From positions 32,001-96,000 of the IMG/VR virus record IMGVR_UViG_3300025005_000002: a stretch of DNA of 64,000 nucleotides; one strand, 5' to 3'. Within the stretch, counting starts at the first letter, position 1. The number at the start of each line of letters is the position of its first letter. The position numbers and the translations under genes are program-made. Source of the DNA: a virus. The notes beneath the pieces are model-generated. The model was not told where the DNA came from. It was given only the letters and a program-made list of their open reading frames with translations, and made no database searches. Positions 47,928 to 59,540 of this stretch are shown piece after piece.

Positions 47928-48470
47928 AACACGCCTTAAAAGAAGCCGTGAAAAAATGGTCAGATGCTACATATTATGGTATTGGATCACAAGCTGAGGC
48001 TGCACAGGCCATACTTGATGTAGTATCACTCCTTCAAAAAGAAGATCCTATTTTAATTGGATGGAAAGAATACGAACCACCAGTTAAAGCAATAGCCACG
48101 GGGCTTCCTGCCGAAGATGGTGATTGGCTTGGTGGTGATGAAGATGATGCATCATTTGCAATTGAATGGTTATGTGGGCAGTTAAATGTTCCTTATGAAG
48201 AGGAGGAAATACTGTAATGCAAACCTGTGTTAAAGATGGTAAGATAACAATGGTTATGTCATATGAAGAGTGGCAAGATTTGTATCCCATAATTGACAAA
48301 GATCGATTATCCAAACCAATGGTTGTAGAAATTAATAATACTCAGCAGTTGTTTAGTGAAATGTTGGACAAAGAGATAACAAAGGTACCTGATTACTTGC
48401 GGCGCGTAATTGAAATGAATACAATTGTATATCCTAATATTATCCCTATCAAAAAGGAGATGGTAAGGTA

Positions 48471-48755
48471 ATGTCTGCTCACAAGAATTTAATGAAAGAT
48501 GTATTTGAGAAAGTTGGACTCCTTACAAAAGCAACAGAATGTCTGGAGTCTGCAAGAAATATCTACCATGAACATTTTGCGGATGAAATTGGTTCAGATG
48601 AAAAATATAAACATATTGCTGTGGAATTAGATGAGATTATGGAACTTTTAAAGAAGGAATGTTTAGCATTTACTGGTAAGGTTGAGAGTCTTGAGATCTT
48701 TAAGGAAAATACCAAGAAAGGTAAGAAGGATAAGGCAATAACAAAGGAGGGATAA
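48471..48755 (+). CDS. Coiled-coil hypothetical protein
   Basis: TAATG overlap. Confidence 0.55.
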   Translation: MSAHKNLMKDVFEKVGLLTKATECLESARNIYHEHFADEIGSDEKYKHIAVELDEIMELLKKECLAFTGKVESLEIFKENTKKGKKDKAITKEG

Positions 48756-48758
48756 ATC

Positions 48759-49022
48759 ATGCCTACCTCTAAAATTTGTGGATATTGTGCGGCGTGTGGA
48801 AAAATATTGCAACCCGGGGAAATTGCAATATTTTTTGGGACTATAAGAGTAACTAAAGATAAGCCAGAGCCAGGGGTCATAGCATGTGTCTATAATACTG
48901 GGGTGGTATGTCGTGCATCACATCTCCAAGGTGAAGAACGATGTGCGATATGTCAAAAATGTTGGGCCCTGATCAAAATAGGGTACTTTAGATCAGATGC
49001 AAATTATATGGAGACCGCATGA
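48759..49022 (+). CDS. Cys-rich hypothetical protein
   Basis: CAAC..CAICQKC; ATGA-coupled to the deaminase. Confidence 0.55.
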   Translation: MPTSKICGYCAACGKILQPGEIAIFFGTIRVTKDKPEPGVIACVYNTGVVCRASHLQGEERCAICQKCWALIKIGYFRSDANYMETA

Positions 49023-49963
49023 TTGAATTACATCAGCACATGGATGGTTCTATACCGCCAGGATTTATGTGGGAAAGATTAAAAAAACATGGGTTACAAC
49101 CATGCGAAACATTTGAGTTATTTCAGGAAATGGTATACGCCACAGATAATGAAACATTGTTAGATTATTTGAATCGATTTCATGTCCCTATGTGGGTTAC
49201 GCAGTTTTATGGGAATGTTAAGGATGCGATATATATAATAGCGCGTGATGCATACAATACTGGAGTTCGTACGTTGGAATTGCGATGGTCGCCCATTATA
49301 CATACCTTCGCAGGGATGACCGTCAGGCAGACAATAAGGGCCATATTAGATGGTATGAACCATTTTGTATCAGAATATAAAGATATGAAGATGGGGTTAA
49401 TAATCATATCCATGAAACACCATGGACCACATATTGCCAAAATCATGGCTCGTGCTGCGTTGTCTGAGGCGCAGCACCTTCATACGGGATGTGGAGTAGT
49501 TGGTTTTGACCTGGCGGGAGCAGAACGGCTATTCCCACCCCGGCTTTTTAAAGAGGCCTTTGATTTGGCTAGGGCTGGTAAATTACATTTAACATGTCAC
49601 GCAGGTGAAGACGGGTCACCACAAAATATATGGGAAGCCATTGATATTCTTGGTGTCGAACGCATTGGCCATGGATGTACTGCAATCCACGATAAAGAAT
49701 TAATGAGGAGAATTGCACGAGACCAAATATTGGTAGAATGTTGTGTGAGTAGTAATTACCATACTGGGGCTGTAAAACAAGGCGTAGAACATCCAATCAA
49801 AGAGTTCTTGGAACATTTAATGCCAGTTAGTATCTGTACAGACAACCCGATTATAAGTAAAACAGATATATTAAGAGAATGTAGGATAGTGAATGACCTT
49901 TGTGGGCCAGTATCCGACCACATAATGAATCGTGCACAGAATTTCTGTTTTATAGGGAGATAA
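49019..49963 (+). CDS. add: Adenosine/adenine deaminase
   Basis: ELHQHMDGS, LELRWSP, GFDLAG.E, HAGE, RIGHG, SNYHTG and CTDNP motifs. Confidence 0.92.
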   Translation: MIELHQHMDGSIPPGFMWERLKKHGLQPCETFELFQEMVYATDNETLLDYLNRFHVPMWVTQFYGNVKDAIYIIARDAYNTGVRTLELRWSPIIHTFAGMTVRQTIRAILDGMNHFVSEYKDMKMGLIIISMKHHGPHIAKIMARAALSEAQHLHTGCGVVGFDLAGAERLFPPRLFKEAFDLARAGKLHLTCHAGEDGSPQNIWEAIDILGVERIGHGCTAIHDKELMRRIARDQILVECCVSSNYHTGAVKQGVEHPIKEFLEHLMPVSICTDNPIISKTDILRECRIVNDLCGPVSDHIMNRAQNFCFIGR

Positions 49964-50423
49964 AATGACAATAGTCCACTATATTATAATGATTTTACTG
50001 ATTTTGCTAAGTATTGCATTTACATGGGTAGCTACTAGATATTATTATTTAAGGATAATTAATATTATGACCGAAAAGAACCAGCACCTTACAGAAAGGG
50101 TAAAGAAGGCAGAGAATATTATACTGCATGATTTATTACAACTTTCTCCAGACGATGTTGCTTTGTTGAAAAGGAATATGGAAGGGGATATAATTAAACC
50201 TGTTACTAGGGAGTAATGATGAATGTAGTGGTTTTTATAGGGATGTGGGTATTGTGCGGCTGTGCAATGAGTTATTTAGTATACCAAGTAGATGAGAATA
50301 AACATGACAGGCAAGAAATATACCATACTAATCTATATATAATTTTTATGATCATATTCTGGCCAATATCTGTTTATTTTTTCCTTCGATTCTTTATCAC
50401 GGCTGTCTTAAGGAAACCAGGAG

Positions 50424-51428
50424 GTGGCAATGGTCGATGAATTTGTGGCACGAGTGCGCAAACAATTTGAAGGCTTTGGTGGGACATCTCTTGGTAGGGC
50501 CATGGGAAGTCTAGATCCGGAAAGGCTAGATAAATTGTCTAATATTGTTGATATATATGGATATGCGTGGTATATTATAATGACTTGTACGTATAATATA
50601 CAATTAGACATTCAAATAAAAAGGTTTTATTCTGATATACCGGAGAAACCATTACTTGATGATACATCACTACAATCATTAGTTAAATATTTACAAAGCG
50701 ATTTAAATAGATTTAACGGCATATCTGGTTCTTGGGATCACAGCAAGGTATCAGTGGATGATATTGCACGCTTATTTATGCAGACTGTAAGTGGTGTTAA
50801 ATTTGAATTTGATGGTTGGTTGCGTAGTGGGGCCAGCACTAATCAAATATACCAACCACTTGGGCTTATAGCCGACAAATTTCTTGAACCAGAATTTTTT
50901 GGTAGACACGCGTCTAATATAGGTGCTATATTAAACTGGGATGCTAGTTTTATGGATGCGGACGATAGTAAATATAAGTTAATGGTAATTGATAGATGGC
51001 CTGACATTATAGGAAGAATTAAGCGTAGATTTGCTCCAGAAGATAAGAAATTGCCTAGATTTTGTTATGGATTCAATGATTTTTATTTGCTACGACCAGT
51101 TGCGGTATCAATTTTAAGGGGGAAACAGGTCCCAGATGAAATCTTTAACTGGTTTGCTTTGTGGCATTTCAGAAGAAGATGGGGATCAACACCTAGTGAT
51201 GTATTATATGCTAAGGCTATATGTAAAGGATGGGAAAGGTTTCGTGAGGTAATTTATAGTTTGGATTATAAACGAAATCATCTTTTTAATTGTTTTATGA
51301 GGATATTGCACGAATTAAAAACAGTGCCGTTAACTAGGGAACAACTTGGCGATGTTTACCCATCCTTAATAAGGGCAGCTTTGAAAAGAAATGATACGAT
51401 AGCAGCGGAGTTCATACAAATTATATGA
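50424..51428 (+). CDS. Large hypothetical protein
   Basis: 334-aa ORF, RBS AGGAGG, no motif recognised. Confidence 0.65.
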   Translation: MAMVDEFVARVRKQFEGFGGTSLGRAMGSLDPERLDKLSNIVDIYGYAWYIIMTCTYNIQLDIQIKRFYSDIPEKPLLDDTSLQSLVKYLQSDLNRFNGISGSWDHSKVSVDDIARLFMQTVSGVKFEFDGWLRSGASTNQIYQPLGLIADKFLEPEFFGRHASNIGAILNWDASFMDADDSKYKLMVIDRWPDIIGRIKRRFAPEDKKLPRFCYGFNDFYLLRPVAVSILRGKQVPDEIFNWFALWHFRRRWGSTPSDVLYAKAICKGWERFREVIYSLDYKRNHLFNCFMRILHELKTVPLTREQLGDVYPSLIRAALKRNDTIAAEFIQII

Positions 51429-52078
51429 CCATAGATCCAAAATTGATAGAAGCTGCGATTCTTAATAAAAATATCGGGATCGATGGTATCTGTAAGTATA
51501 TTTTAGATGTTGCAGTCCTTAGAGTTAGAGGGATATGTTTTCCATCTTCGTTTGTTAATATACCAAAATTACGTAATTTTATAGAGGAAGCTAGCTACAA
51601 ACATGACTTTGAAATAATTGGTGTAGTTGGATACCCAAACGGTGATACATCTACTCTATCAAAACTCACAGAAATATCAGATCTCTGTGGATTTGCTAGT
51701 ACACTAGATATTGTATTAAATCCGGTATATATTCAGAGTGGAATGTGGCAATTTGTACGTGGGGAAATGATTGAGATGTTTTTATCAACGAATGCAAATA
51801 TACGGTGGATAATTGAAACACCAACATTGACAGACGAGCAAATTATAACTGTGACAAAATTAATATTAGAGACAGGTGGTAACATTAAAACGGCCACAGG
51901 GGTAAAAGGCAGCACAAAGCTTGATCATATAAAAATGATTCATAATGTTATTGTTGAGAGTGGTAAGCACATCGTATTAAAAGCAGCTAGTGGTATAAAA
52001 ACACCAGAAGTTGCTATGGCAGCACTATTTGTTGGAGCAGACATATTGGGTTGTAGTAACCCCATAGCGATTCTTTAA
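51425..52078 (+). CDS. deoC: Deoxyribose-phosphate aldolase
   Basis: GVVGYPNG, LDIVLN, IIET, IKTATG (Schiff-base Lys), KAASGIKT, ILGCS. Confidence 0.85.
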   Translation: MTIDPKLIEAAILNKNIGIDGICKYILDVAVLRVRGICFPSSFVNIPKLRNFIEEASYKHDFEIIGVVGYPNGDTSTLSKLTEISDLCGFASTLDIVLNPVYIQSGMWQFVRGEMIEMFLSTNANIRWIIETPTLTDEQIITVTKLILETGGNIKTATGVKGSTKLDHIKMIHNVIVESGKHIVLKAASGIKTPEVAMAALFVGADILGCSNPIAIL

Positions 52079-52115
52079 TTGATCCTGACATCTAGGTAGA
52101 AAAGGAGAATAGGGG

Positions 52116-52520
52116 ATGATTGTATTTGGAACCTTGTCCAAAAAGGTACAGGGTATTATAAGAAAATATTCATTATCCAAAAGAGCAGTAGACAAAGCAG
52201 AAGCGATAAACAAAAAGTGCAGAGAAGATTTGATAAAAGAGATATGTGAGAGTAAGGGACTCACATCAGAAACGATTTTTATGGGTGGAGAAGAAGATAT
52301 TGTTGAATTAGTAATAAAGGGTGCTCCACGTTCAGATACATCTTGGACTGGGGCGTGGAAAGAATTTGATAAATTATTTTACCCTTTGATAGAGAAGGAT
52401 GAGCGTTTATCTGCAGAATATTTACGGGTTAGGCGCACAGCAGAGATTAATAACAAAAAATCTCCGTATATGCGTTGGGAGATTAGACAAAAAGATGCAA
52501 GGGAGAATAATACTATTTAA
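52116..52520 (+). CDS. Hypothetical protein
   Basis: 134-aa ORF with RBS. Confidence 0.6.
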   Translation: MIVFGTLSKKVQGIIRKYSLSKRAVDKAEAINKKCREDLIKEICESKGLTSETIFMGGEEDIVELVIKGAPRSDTSWTGAWKEFDKLFYPLIEKDERLSAEYLRVRRTAEINNKKSPYMRWEIRQKDARENNTI

Positions 52521-52724
52521 AAGAACAGAGGTGGATAATGGATCGTAATCAAGTATTCAATGTTAAAATGAATGTGGACTTATTCGTTAAGGTTAAAGCA
52601 CAAGCTGGTAATGACGCAGAATATTCTGCTATGCAAATTATTATAGACAAATTACTTAAGTCCGGTGTGGTTTATAAAATTGATCCAAGAGTGATATCAT
52701 CAGAGTCCATTAGGGAGGAGATAG

Positions 52725-54104
52725 ATGGCGTCAAACATTGATGCGTGTATTTTTTTACCTGGGCATATAGCCAACGGGGATGAAGAAATTAATATCCCGT
52801 TACTTGGTATGGAACAAATAGAGCGATTAATGGATTTATATAGAGACCGTCATTATGCACCATTCTTTCCATACATTGCGGAAGCCATTACACTAATTCG
52901 ATCTAAACACCAATGTGAAAGAACTCCATTAGTAAATAGGTGGATTGAAATATTGACTATTGGTGAACACAAGTATATTGATCATATATTGTGTATATTA
53001 TTATTAAAGTATGGGTGGGACATACCACAGAATATTTTTAAACGTTGCGTTCAGTATGCCAAGTTTATTATGTCTGAGTGTGGTGACGGTCATACTTCAT
53101 ATTATAGAGCAGATAGATTTATTGCTCAAAGGACAGTAGATGAGGCAGGTTTCGAAATGTCACGGATCTTGTATCAATTAGGGCAACCACATTGCATGGA
53201 TCATTTAGTCTATATAGCGGAATATTGTATTGGTGTAATAAGGTCGATCCCTAGACTAGATGTTGGTAATTTAATGGTTATGGTATCCAATACTGACGAC
53301 ATACCATCAAAGTTAAAATTGTATCATGAGTGTGTCAAAACACTCGTTAATATGTGTGTTATGTGTTCATATGTAGGGATAACAACAGATGTACCAGATT
53401 CAATATTAGAATCCAATATATTCAGAACATGTTTATTACAACAACCACTTGATTTATTGACTTATTTCTGCGGTGATATGTCAATAGCTAAACGATTTGA
53501 ATTAGGGATTGGTAGAAGGATTCCAGAATATGCCGATAAAAAAACTTTGGCTGTGCTTATGGAAAAGACGGCAACAAATCGAGCCCATAATACTGACCTG
53601 TCGTTAATTGGTATACCAGAAATGCATACCCAAAGTAAGTTGGGTATATACGGGAAGAGTGTGCTCGGCATGAATCCATCAGTTAGAGACTATACAGATA
53701 TTGCAAAAGGAATATGGATTGCACCACAGGCGTGGTATTGTGGAGGATTATCAATTGGTGATTCATTAACCCCCACAAATAAACATTTAATATATAAATC
53801 ACTTGTGGGTATTTGGCGTATGCATGCTGGTAATTATACACATACACCGATTGGGTATATAGCGGAAGTAGCAAAACGTTTAGATGCTAATACAGATGAT
53901 ATATTAGGGGCATCATTTACAATTAGGATGTCAAATATTGCTTGGGCAATAAAAGACATGCCAGAATTGTACGATATGGGTATGAAGATTGGCCCACTTA
54001 CAGTAAATATGATTAATATATACGCTATCAAGCATGCAAAACAATCTCAGTCAATCACTGGACTACAAAAAATGGTGGAGGTCATTAATAATGGCGACAA
54101 ATAA
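52725..54104 (+). CDS. Large hypothetical protein
   Basis: 459-aa ORF, RBS GGAGGAG. Confidence 0.65.
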   Translation: MASNIDACIFLPGHIANGDEEINIPLLGMEQIERLMDLYRDRHYAPFFPYIAEAITLIRSKHQCERTPLVNRWIEILTIGEHKYIDHILCILLLKYGWDIPQNIFKRCVQYAKFIMSECGDGHTSYYRADRFIAQRTVDEAGFEMSRILYQLGQPHCMDHLVYIAEYCIGVIRSIPRLDVGNLMVMVSNTDDIPSKLKLYHECVKTLVNMCVMCSYVGITTDVPDSILESNIFRTCLLQQPLDLLTYFCGDMSIAKRFELGIGRRIPEYADKKTLAVLMEKTATNRAHNTDLSLIGIPEMHTQSKLGIYGKSVLGMNPSVRDYTDIAKGIWIAPQAWYCGGLSIGDSLTPTNKHLIYKSLVGIWRMHAGNYTHTPIGYIAEVAKRLDANTDDILGASFTIRMSNIAWAIKDMPELYDMGMKIGPLTVNMINIYAIKHAKQSQSITGLQKMVEVINNGDK

Positions 54105-54454
54105 AAAATCACCAGATCCAGTTGCAGAGATTAAACGCACATTACCAGAGATAGCACCATGGGTAATGTTAGCTGCAAATATGATTGCGGCTACGGCAGT
54201 ACTTTTCGCGCATTATAAGAAAAAGACTGATGAGGCCTTTATGGTCCCATACACACACGTACACTATATAGATAAAGAAAGTAAACATATTTGTGGCGAC
54301 AAATATATTAACAAACAACATATATGTGACGGCAGATTCTTACTTGTTCGGGCCGAAAAACCAACATTAGACGAATTTCTAAAACTAGGATTAACGAATG
54401 AACAATGGGATGCTACACAAAAAGTACTGAAGCAATTTCAGTGCGAGGGCCCCG

Positions 54455-55549
54455 ATGAAAAAGGAACTTGATAATTTTTTATTACAAGTGGCACAAAGTT
54501 TATCCAGATATAACATCCACAAAGATTTAAAAATTTTATTGACAGATATAAATGCCCTATATACCACCATAGAACATATTAGGGATACTGAAAATATCTA
54601 TATAGGGCCATTTCATTCACAGATTGTATATAGGTATACACTCTCTAGTCCATTTTTTATAATTATGGATGCACTGGCAAATAATGAAATGAGGATTTAT
54701 GAAAATCCTTTATATGTTGAGGATTTAATGTCTGCAAGTTTTAAATTAATGCGTAATAGAGAGGCTATTGGGTTAGTGTTATGTTTGGGATTTTTATTGG
54801 GAGAGAAAGTATTTACTCACGAAGGATTAATGTATAGATTACAACATATTGATGATGCTGGATTACTCCATATTGCTGATTATGGTGAACCGATATTTGG
54901 GATTAAAACACTGAGTATTACTGAACACATTGGGCCAATGTTAAGGAGGGTGTTTGAATTATTAAACTTAGCCCCAAATGTGGAACATAGTGAGTATCAT
55001 AGGGCGTATGGTGTGGCAGACATTTTTATAGATGTCCACGCAGACGTAGGATTACCTGTTAAAATACCACTGGATTTTGCATTTTATCCTTCAATCAAGA
55101 AAGCCTATTTGCGTTATATTATGCATCATCCAGAAGATAGTAGATATTTAGATGCGTTTATTAATATAAGGAATAATGCTGATAGGTCTATGAAACAAGC
55201 CTTGTATTATTTTGCGCATACAATTGGTGGGGTGTATACACCACCAAAGGGGGTATTCTCAACACCGTTATCCAAATGGTACGACAGGGAAATCAATGAA
55301 AAGCAGTTAGATGAAATTTTTGATGATATTATTAAAAATGAAAGGAGAACTTTTGAAGAACTGGTACAACTTGGTATTGGAATATCATTAGAAGCGAACC
55401 TAAGATTAACTAAAAAGAGATTTGCAAAGATACAAAAATTAGTAGAAAGTCACTATATAAAAGAGTATAAAGAATTAGCTGGGCCATTCTTGATTAAGGA
55501 TTCATCAATGTTAAGTATCAAAATATTACGGAGGCAGATCAATGACTAA
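54455..55549 (+). CDS. Large hypothetical protein
   Basis: 364-aa ORF. Confidence 0.65.
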   Translation: MKKELDNFLLQVAQSLSRYNIHKDLKILLTDINALYTTIEHIRDTENIYIGPFHSQIVYRYTLSSPFFIIMDALANNEMRIYENPLYVEDLMSASFKLMRNREAIGLVLCLGFLLGEKVFTHEGLMYRLQHIDDAGLLHIADYGEPIFGIKTLSITEHIGPMLRRVFELLNLAPNVEHSEYHRAYGVADIFIDVHADVGLPVKIPLDFAFYPSIKKAYLRYIMHHPEDSRYLDAFINIRNNADRSMKQALYYFAHTIGGVYTPPKGVFSTPLSKWYDREINEKQLDEIFDDIIKNERRTFEELVQLGIGISLEANLRLTKKRFAKIQKLVESHYIKEYKELAGPFLIKDSSMLSIKILRRQIND

Positions 55550-56762
55550 TGTTGATATTGCCCTATTAACGGGCCATGATTTGAGGAATGACAATATTAG
55601 ATTAATGCGACTAATAGGTACTAACGATAAAACCGCACCACACCCACAATTATTGACATTGTTTGAACACTACAAATTTTTATTAACCTCTGATTGCCCA
55701 CCAAAGGATGATATATTATACAAGGCTTCTATGGCATATGCATATAGTACGTTTTTTAAATTATATGGTGAGCGTATAATATATAGAGAGCCAGTAAATC
55801 TCCATATTAGTACTAATGAGACGTTTTTTAAGAAATATTTATTACAAGTGGACCCGTTATTAATTGCATTATCATTTAATAGTATCGCATATTTGTGGTT
55901 TTGTACCGAGGAATATAGTTTGGTTAAACGTGTAGTTAAAAGGCTTATATATTTATCTTCAGTATGGGAAGAATTTCTTGGTGATGGAGCATATAGGCAG
56001 TCAATAACGGTATGTACAAATTCTGGGGATGAAGTTTTGGAGTCTCACTGGGTTAAGTATATGCCATCATTTAATATTATGAGTACAAGGGATAATGGTA
56101 TTGATTTAAGAATCTATAGATTATTACCACCAGGGTTTAATAAGTGCATAATAGACGTATTTACAGCGTTTAATTTATTTAAACGTGATTATAGTGCATA
56201 TAATACCATCCCAGATGATATTAATTGGAGTGTCTTTGTTAAGATTTGTCTTAATGCTGACAAGTCAATCCAACGATTAATAGACACGATCAAAAAGATC
56301 GAATCAGTATTTTTTGATCCAGAATTCATGTTTGATGGATTAAAATGGCAATGTACACACGAAGAATTAAAGACTTTATTGAGGTCTGATCAGCGTGGGT
56401 TTAATAATGCCAATGTTTGGTTATTGCTTTGTTATTTAAATCGCCGTGGTCAATTTATAATTAATTTTGGTAATGTACCACCACAACACACAAAACATAA
56501 TTGGAGTACATCAGACATTATACTTGGTCAGGCAATGTTTGCCTATTGTGTATACCATAATCCTGATAGTATAATGTCTTTTTTGCATACGATTCAATTT
56601 AAACGTAATCGGAAACATTTTGATGAGAAGATCATGATTAAATTGATACAGAAATATAGAGAGTTTGGGTTGACATTAGACCCAAAGAAATTGGGGATTA
56701 AACGTGGAGTATTAATTAATCTCTTATCGGCTGGATTTGGTGATATATTCTGTGTGTCATGA
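55542..56762 (+). CDS. Large hypothetical protein
   Basis: 406-aa ORF, RBS GGAGG. Confidence 0.65.
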   Translation: MTNVDIALLTGHDLRNDNIRLMRLIGTNDKTAPHPQLLTLFEHYKFLLTSDCPPKDDILYKASMAYAYSTFFKLYGERIIYREPVNLHISTNETFFKKYLLQVDPLLIALSFNSIAYLWFCTEEYSLVKRVVKRLIYLSSVWEEFLGDGAYRQSITVCTNSGDEVLESHWVKYMPSFNIMSTRDNGIDLRIYRLLPPGFNKCIIDVFTAFNLFKRDYSAYNTIPDDINWSVFVKICLNADKSIQRLIDTIKKIESVFFDPEFMFDGLKWQCTHEELKTLLRSDQRGFNNANVWLLLCYLNRRGQFIINFGNVPPQHTKHNWSTSDIILGQAMFAYCVYHNPDSIMSFLHTIQFKRNRKHFDEKIMIKLIQKYREFGLTLDPKKLGIKRGVLINLLSAGFGDIFCVS

Positions 56763-57338
56763 TAAAATGTAAAGCACTTGCAGAGGTTCATGATTTATTA
56801 CATCAGGTATGTGATTTATTACCACCAGATACTTCAGATTTTATATGGCACCGCACATGGAGTTTGCAATCAATTATTGGTGCTATAGTTAATAAAGATA
56901 TATGGTCGAGATTTCCAGATTTCCATGAAGGGTATGAAGGGGAGGTGATATGATTGAAATTTTTCTGTTTTTATTGTAAAATTATATGTGAAACCGAAAA
57001 ATGTGAATCATGTGGACATAGTGCAAAGGAATATAAAAATATTATATCATTAACACCATTACGCAGACATAAAACACCAGGTGTACCAATGATACAAAAG
57101 GAGGAGGTAGAAAATATACGTGATGGCCCAATTATAGGTGTGTCAGCTGTTATCAAATTTCATGGAAATGGGTTAATCCCAAAAGAAACCCTTATAGTAT
57201 TTTACCCAAGTGGTATTAATGCACTTAATTACCCGATTTTGTTAGAATTTATAGCATTAGAGTATGATGTATGCGTTATGTATTATGATAGCTCGTCCAG
57301 CCAATACTTTTGATACCCACATCCTAGGAGGATAGTCT

Positions 57339-59540
57339 ATGCCAACGATTGGTAAGGTAAAAGAGTTAATTAAAACAGTAATCATAAATTCACCACATGT
57401 TTCTATAGGTTTGTGGGGTCCGCCAGGAGTTGGAAAATGTATAGAACAAGATTCATTAATTCTCGATGCCACCACTGGAGAATTGATATCGATTAAGGAT
57501 TTTGACATTACTCATCAAGTGATAGCATTTGTAAATGGAGATATGGTACGCGTGACCCCGACTAATAAGTTTAAACAGGGAATGCAGGAAGTTTATCGTT
57601 TGCGTACTCAAACTGGTAGGGAAATACTCGCTACGGCAAATCACCCATTCCTCGTGTTAACACAAGGTGCAAAAGGTAAGTTTACTGATTTGATGTGGAA
57701 AGAGCTTACTAATTTAGATATAGGTATGGATGTTATTGCTACAGCCAACAATATACCTGTATTTGGTAGCGAAGAAGCATCAGATGATATATTGAAATTA
57801 ATAGGGTATTTGTTGGGGAATGGGTATATGAATAAACTTCCAGCTACTATATCATTCACATCAACTGATGTTGAACAATTGGCCGAATTTACTGTAATCG
57901 CCAATAATCTTGGTATGGCAGTACGGCACGATGAACGCCCCACTAAAACTATGGGGATTCCTGTTGGTATGTTAAGACTAAAAAATAAGACATTCACATG
58001 GTCTGGTTTGGGCAGTGATGTGGTGAGGTTATTGGAAGAATATGATGTTAAATTTTCTAGGGCTGGGGAGAAGGAAATTCCAGCATTTGTATTTAGACAG
58101 ACCAAGAAGAAGGTTGCATTATTTTTAAACCGTTTATTTTCAACAGATGGATGTGTAGAGATATATAAGGCTATCCATAAATACACTGGTCCAATGGTAA
58201 CAGGCAAGATATCATACAGTTCTAAGTCAAAGAAAATGATATATCAGATCCAACATCTGTTGGACAGATTTGGTATTACATCATATATGAGATGCAAAGA
58301 AGTGAAACAATATGCCCCATATTATGAACTTCAGATCATGGATACTCAATCTATTTGTGCATTCAACGAGATTGGGTTTTATGGAGTGAAAGCTACAAAA
58401 TTTGCTGAAGTATTAAAAGCAACAAAGGCTTCAGCCAAAATCTCTCATCGTACTGGTAATGGGGTATATAGATTTGGGATATTATTTGACAAGGTGGTAC
58501 ATATTGAAAGCCTTGGAGAACGTATGACATATGATTTAGAGATTCCAGTTGCACATAATTTTATTGCTAGTGGGTTGGTTGTACATAATTCGTCGATTAT
58601 AGCTCAAATTGCTAAAGAGCAAAAAATGAAATTTGTAGATATCCGGCTGGCTCAATTTGAACCATCTGAGATACGTGGCATTCCGCAGGTGTCTGGGGGG
58701 GTGACCAAGTGGGCCCGTGCAGATTTTTTACCTAGCATTAATGAACCTACAATATTAATGTTTGATGAATTTTCATGTGCAGAACCATCAGTACAGAATG
58801 CGGCTCTACGTATTGTATTGGATAGGAGCCTAGATAATTGGGAAGCCCCACCCCAGTGCCGTATTATTTTGGCCGGTAATAGGAGAGAAGATTTTGCCTA
58901 TATTAACGAACCATCAGTACCGTTCAAAACACGATTAGTAAACTTTATAGTTCAAGAGAACCTACAGGATTGGAAGATATATGCAAAGGAAATTGGGTGT
59001 GCTACTCAGATTATATCATTTTTGGATTACCAACCGGACCTGCTCTTAAAGTTAATGCCAGACCAATACGCATCTCCAACACCTCGTACGTGGATTATGT
59101 TATCAGATGTGCTCACTGGTGCGTTGGGTGATAAATGGATGAACGTTGATAAACGTTCTCTTCTGACGGTCAATGATCTTGCGTATGCATGTGTTGGTGA
59201 GGGTGCTGCTGTCAGTTTTGTAGCATACTTTGAGACATTTGCCAAGGTAGATGTGAAGGCCATTGTGGAAGATGGTAAAATACCCGATAGTTTTAAGAGT
59301 ATGGAACTATCAAGCCAATATGCCACAGTATATGCAGTTTTGCATTATGCCAATAAGCAGACCATGTCTCATAAGATTGCCAAGAATCTAGTTATGTTCC
59401 TTGAAGCCATACCTCCTGAATTTCAAATGAAGTTTATTGTTGATATTAAATCCACATTCTTGGATAAGGTGGTAGAGATTCAAGAAGAGAAATTTAAGCC
59501 CATCATCAAGAAAATTATGAGTTTGCTTCAACAGAAATAA
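57339..59540 (+). CDS. MoxR/CbbQ-family AAA+ ATPase interrupted by an intein
   Basis: Spliced Walker A GPPGVGK|S; DIRLAQFEPSEIRGIP, LMFDEF, LAGNRRED, KTRL, PTPRTW. Confidence 0.9.
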   Translation: MPTIGKVKELIKTVIINSPHVSIGLWGPPGVGKCIEQDSLILDATTGELISIKDFDITHQVIAFVNGDMVRVTPTNKFKQGMQEVYRLRTQTGREILATANHPFLVLTQGAKGKFTDLMWKELTNLDIGMDVIATANNIPVFGSEEASDDILKLIGYLLGNGYMNKLPATISFTSTDVEQLAEFTVIANNLGMAVRHDERPTKTMGIPVGMLRLKNKTFTWSGLGSDVVRLLEEYDVKFSRAGEKEIPAFVFRQTKKKVALFLNRLFSTDGCVEIYKAIHKYTGPMVTGKISYSSKSKKMIYQIQHLLDRFGITSYMRCKEVKQYAPYYELQIMDTQSICAFNEIGFYGVKATKFAEVLKATKASAKISHRTGNGVYRFGILFDKVVHIESLGERMTYDLEIPVAHNFIASGLVVHNSSIIAQIAKEQKMKFVDIRLAQFEPSEIRGIPQVSGGVTKWARADFLPSINEPTILMFDEFSCAEPSVQNAALRIVLDRSLDNWEAPPQCRIILAGNRREDFAYINEPSVPFKTRLVNFIVQENLQDWKIYAKEIGCATQIISFLDYQPDLLLKLMPDQYASPTPRTWIMLSDVLTGALGDKWMNVDKRSLLTVNDLAYACVGEGAAVSFVAYFETFAKVDVKAIVEDGKIPDSFKSMELSSQYATVYAVLHYANKQTMSHKIAKNLVMFLEAIPPEFQMKFIVDIKSTFLDKVVEIQEEKFKPIIKKIMSLLQQK
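57438..58589 (+). mobile_element. Intein with LAGLIDADG homing endonuclease (384 aa)
   Basis: Starts CIEQDSLI, block B ATANHPF, LAGLIDADG-like LIGYLLGNG and LNRLFSTDG, ends HNFIASGLVVHN followed by Ser. Confidence 0.93.
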
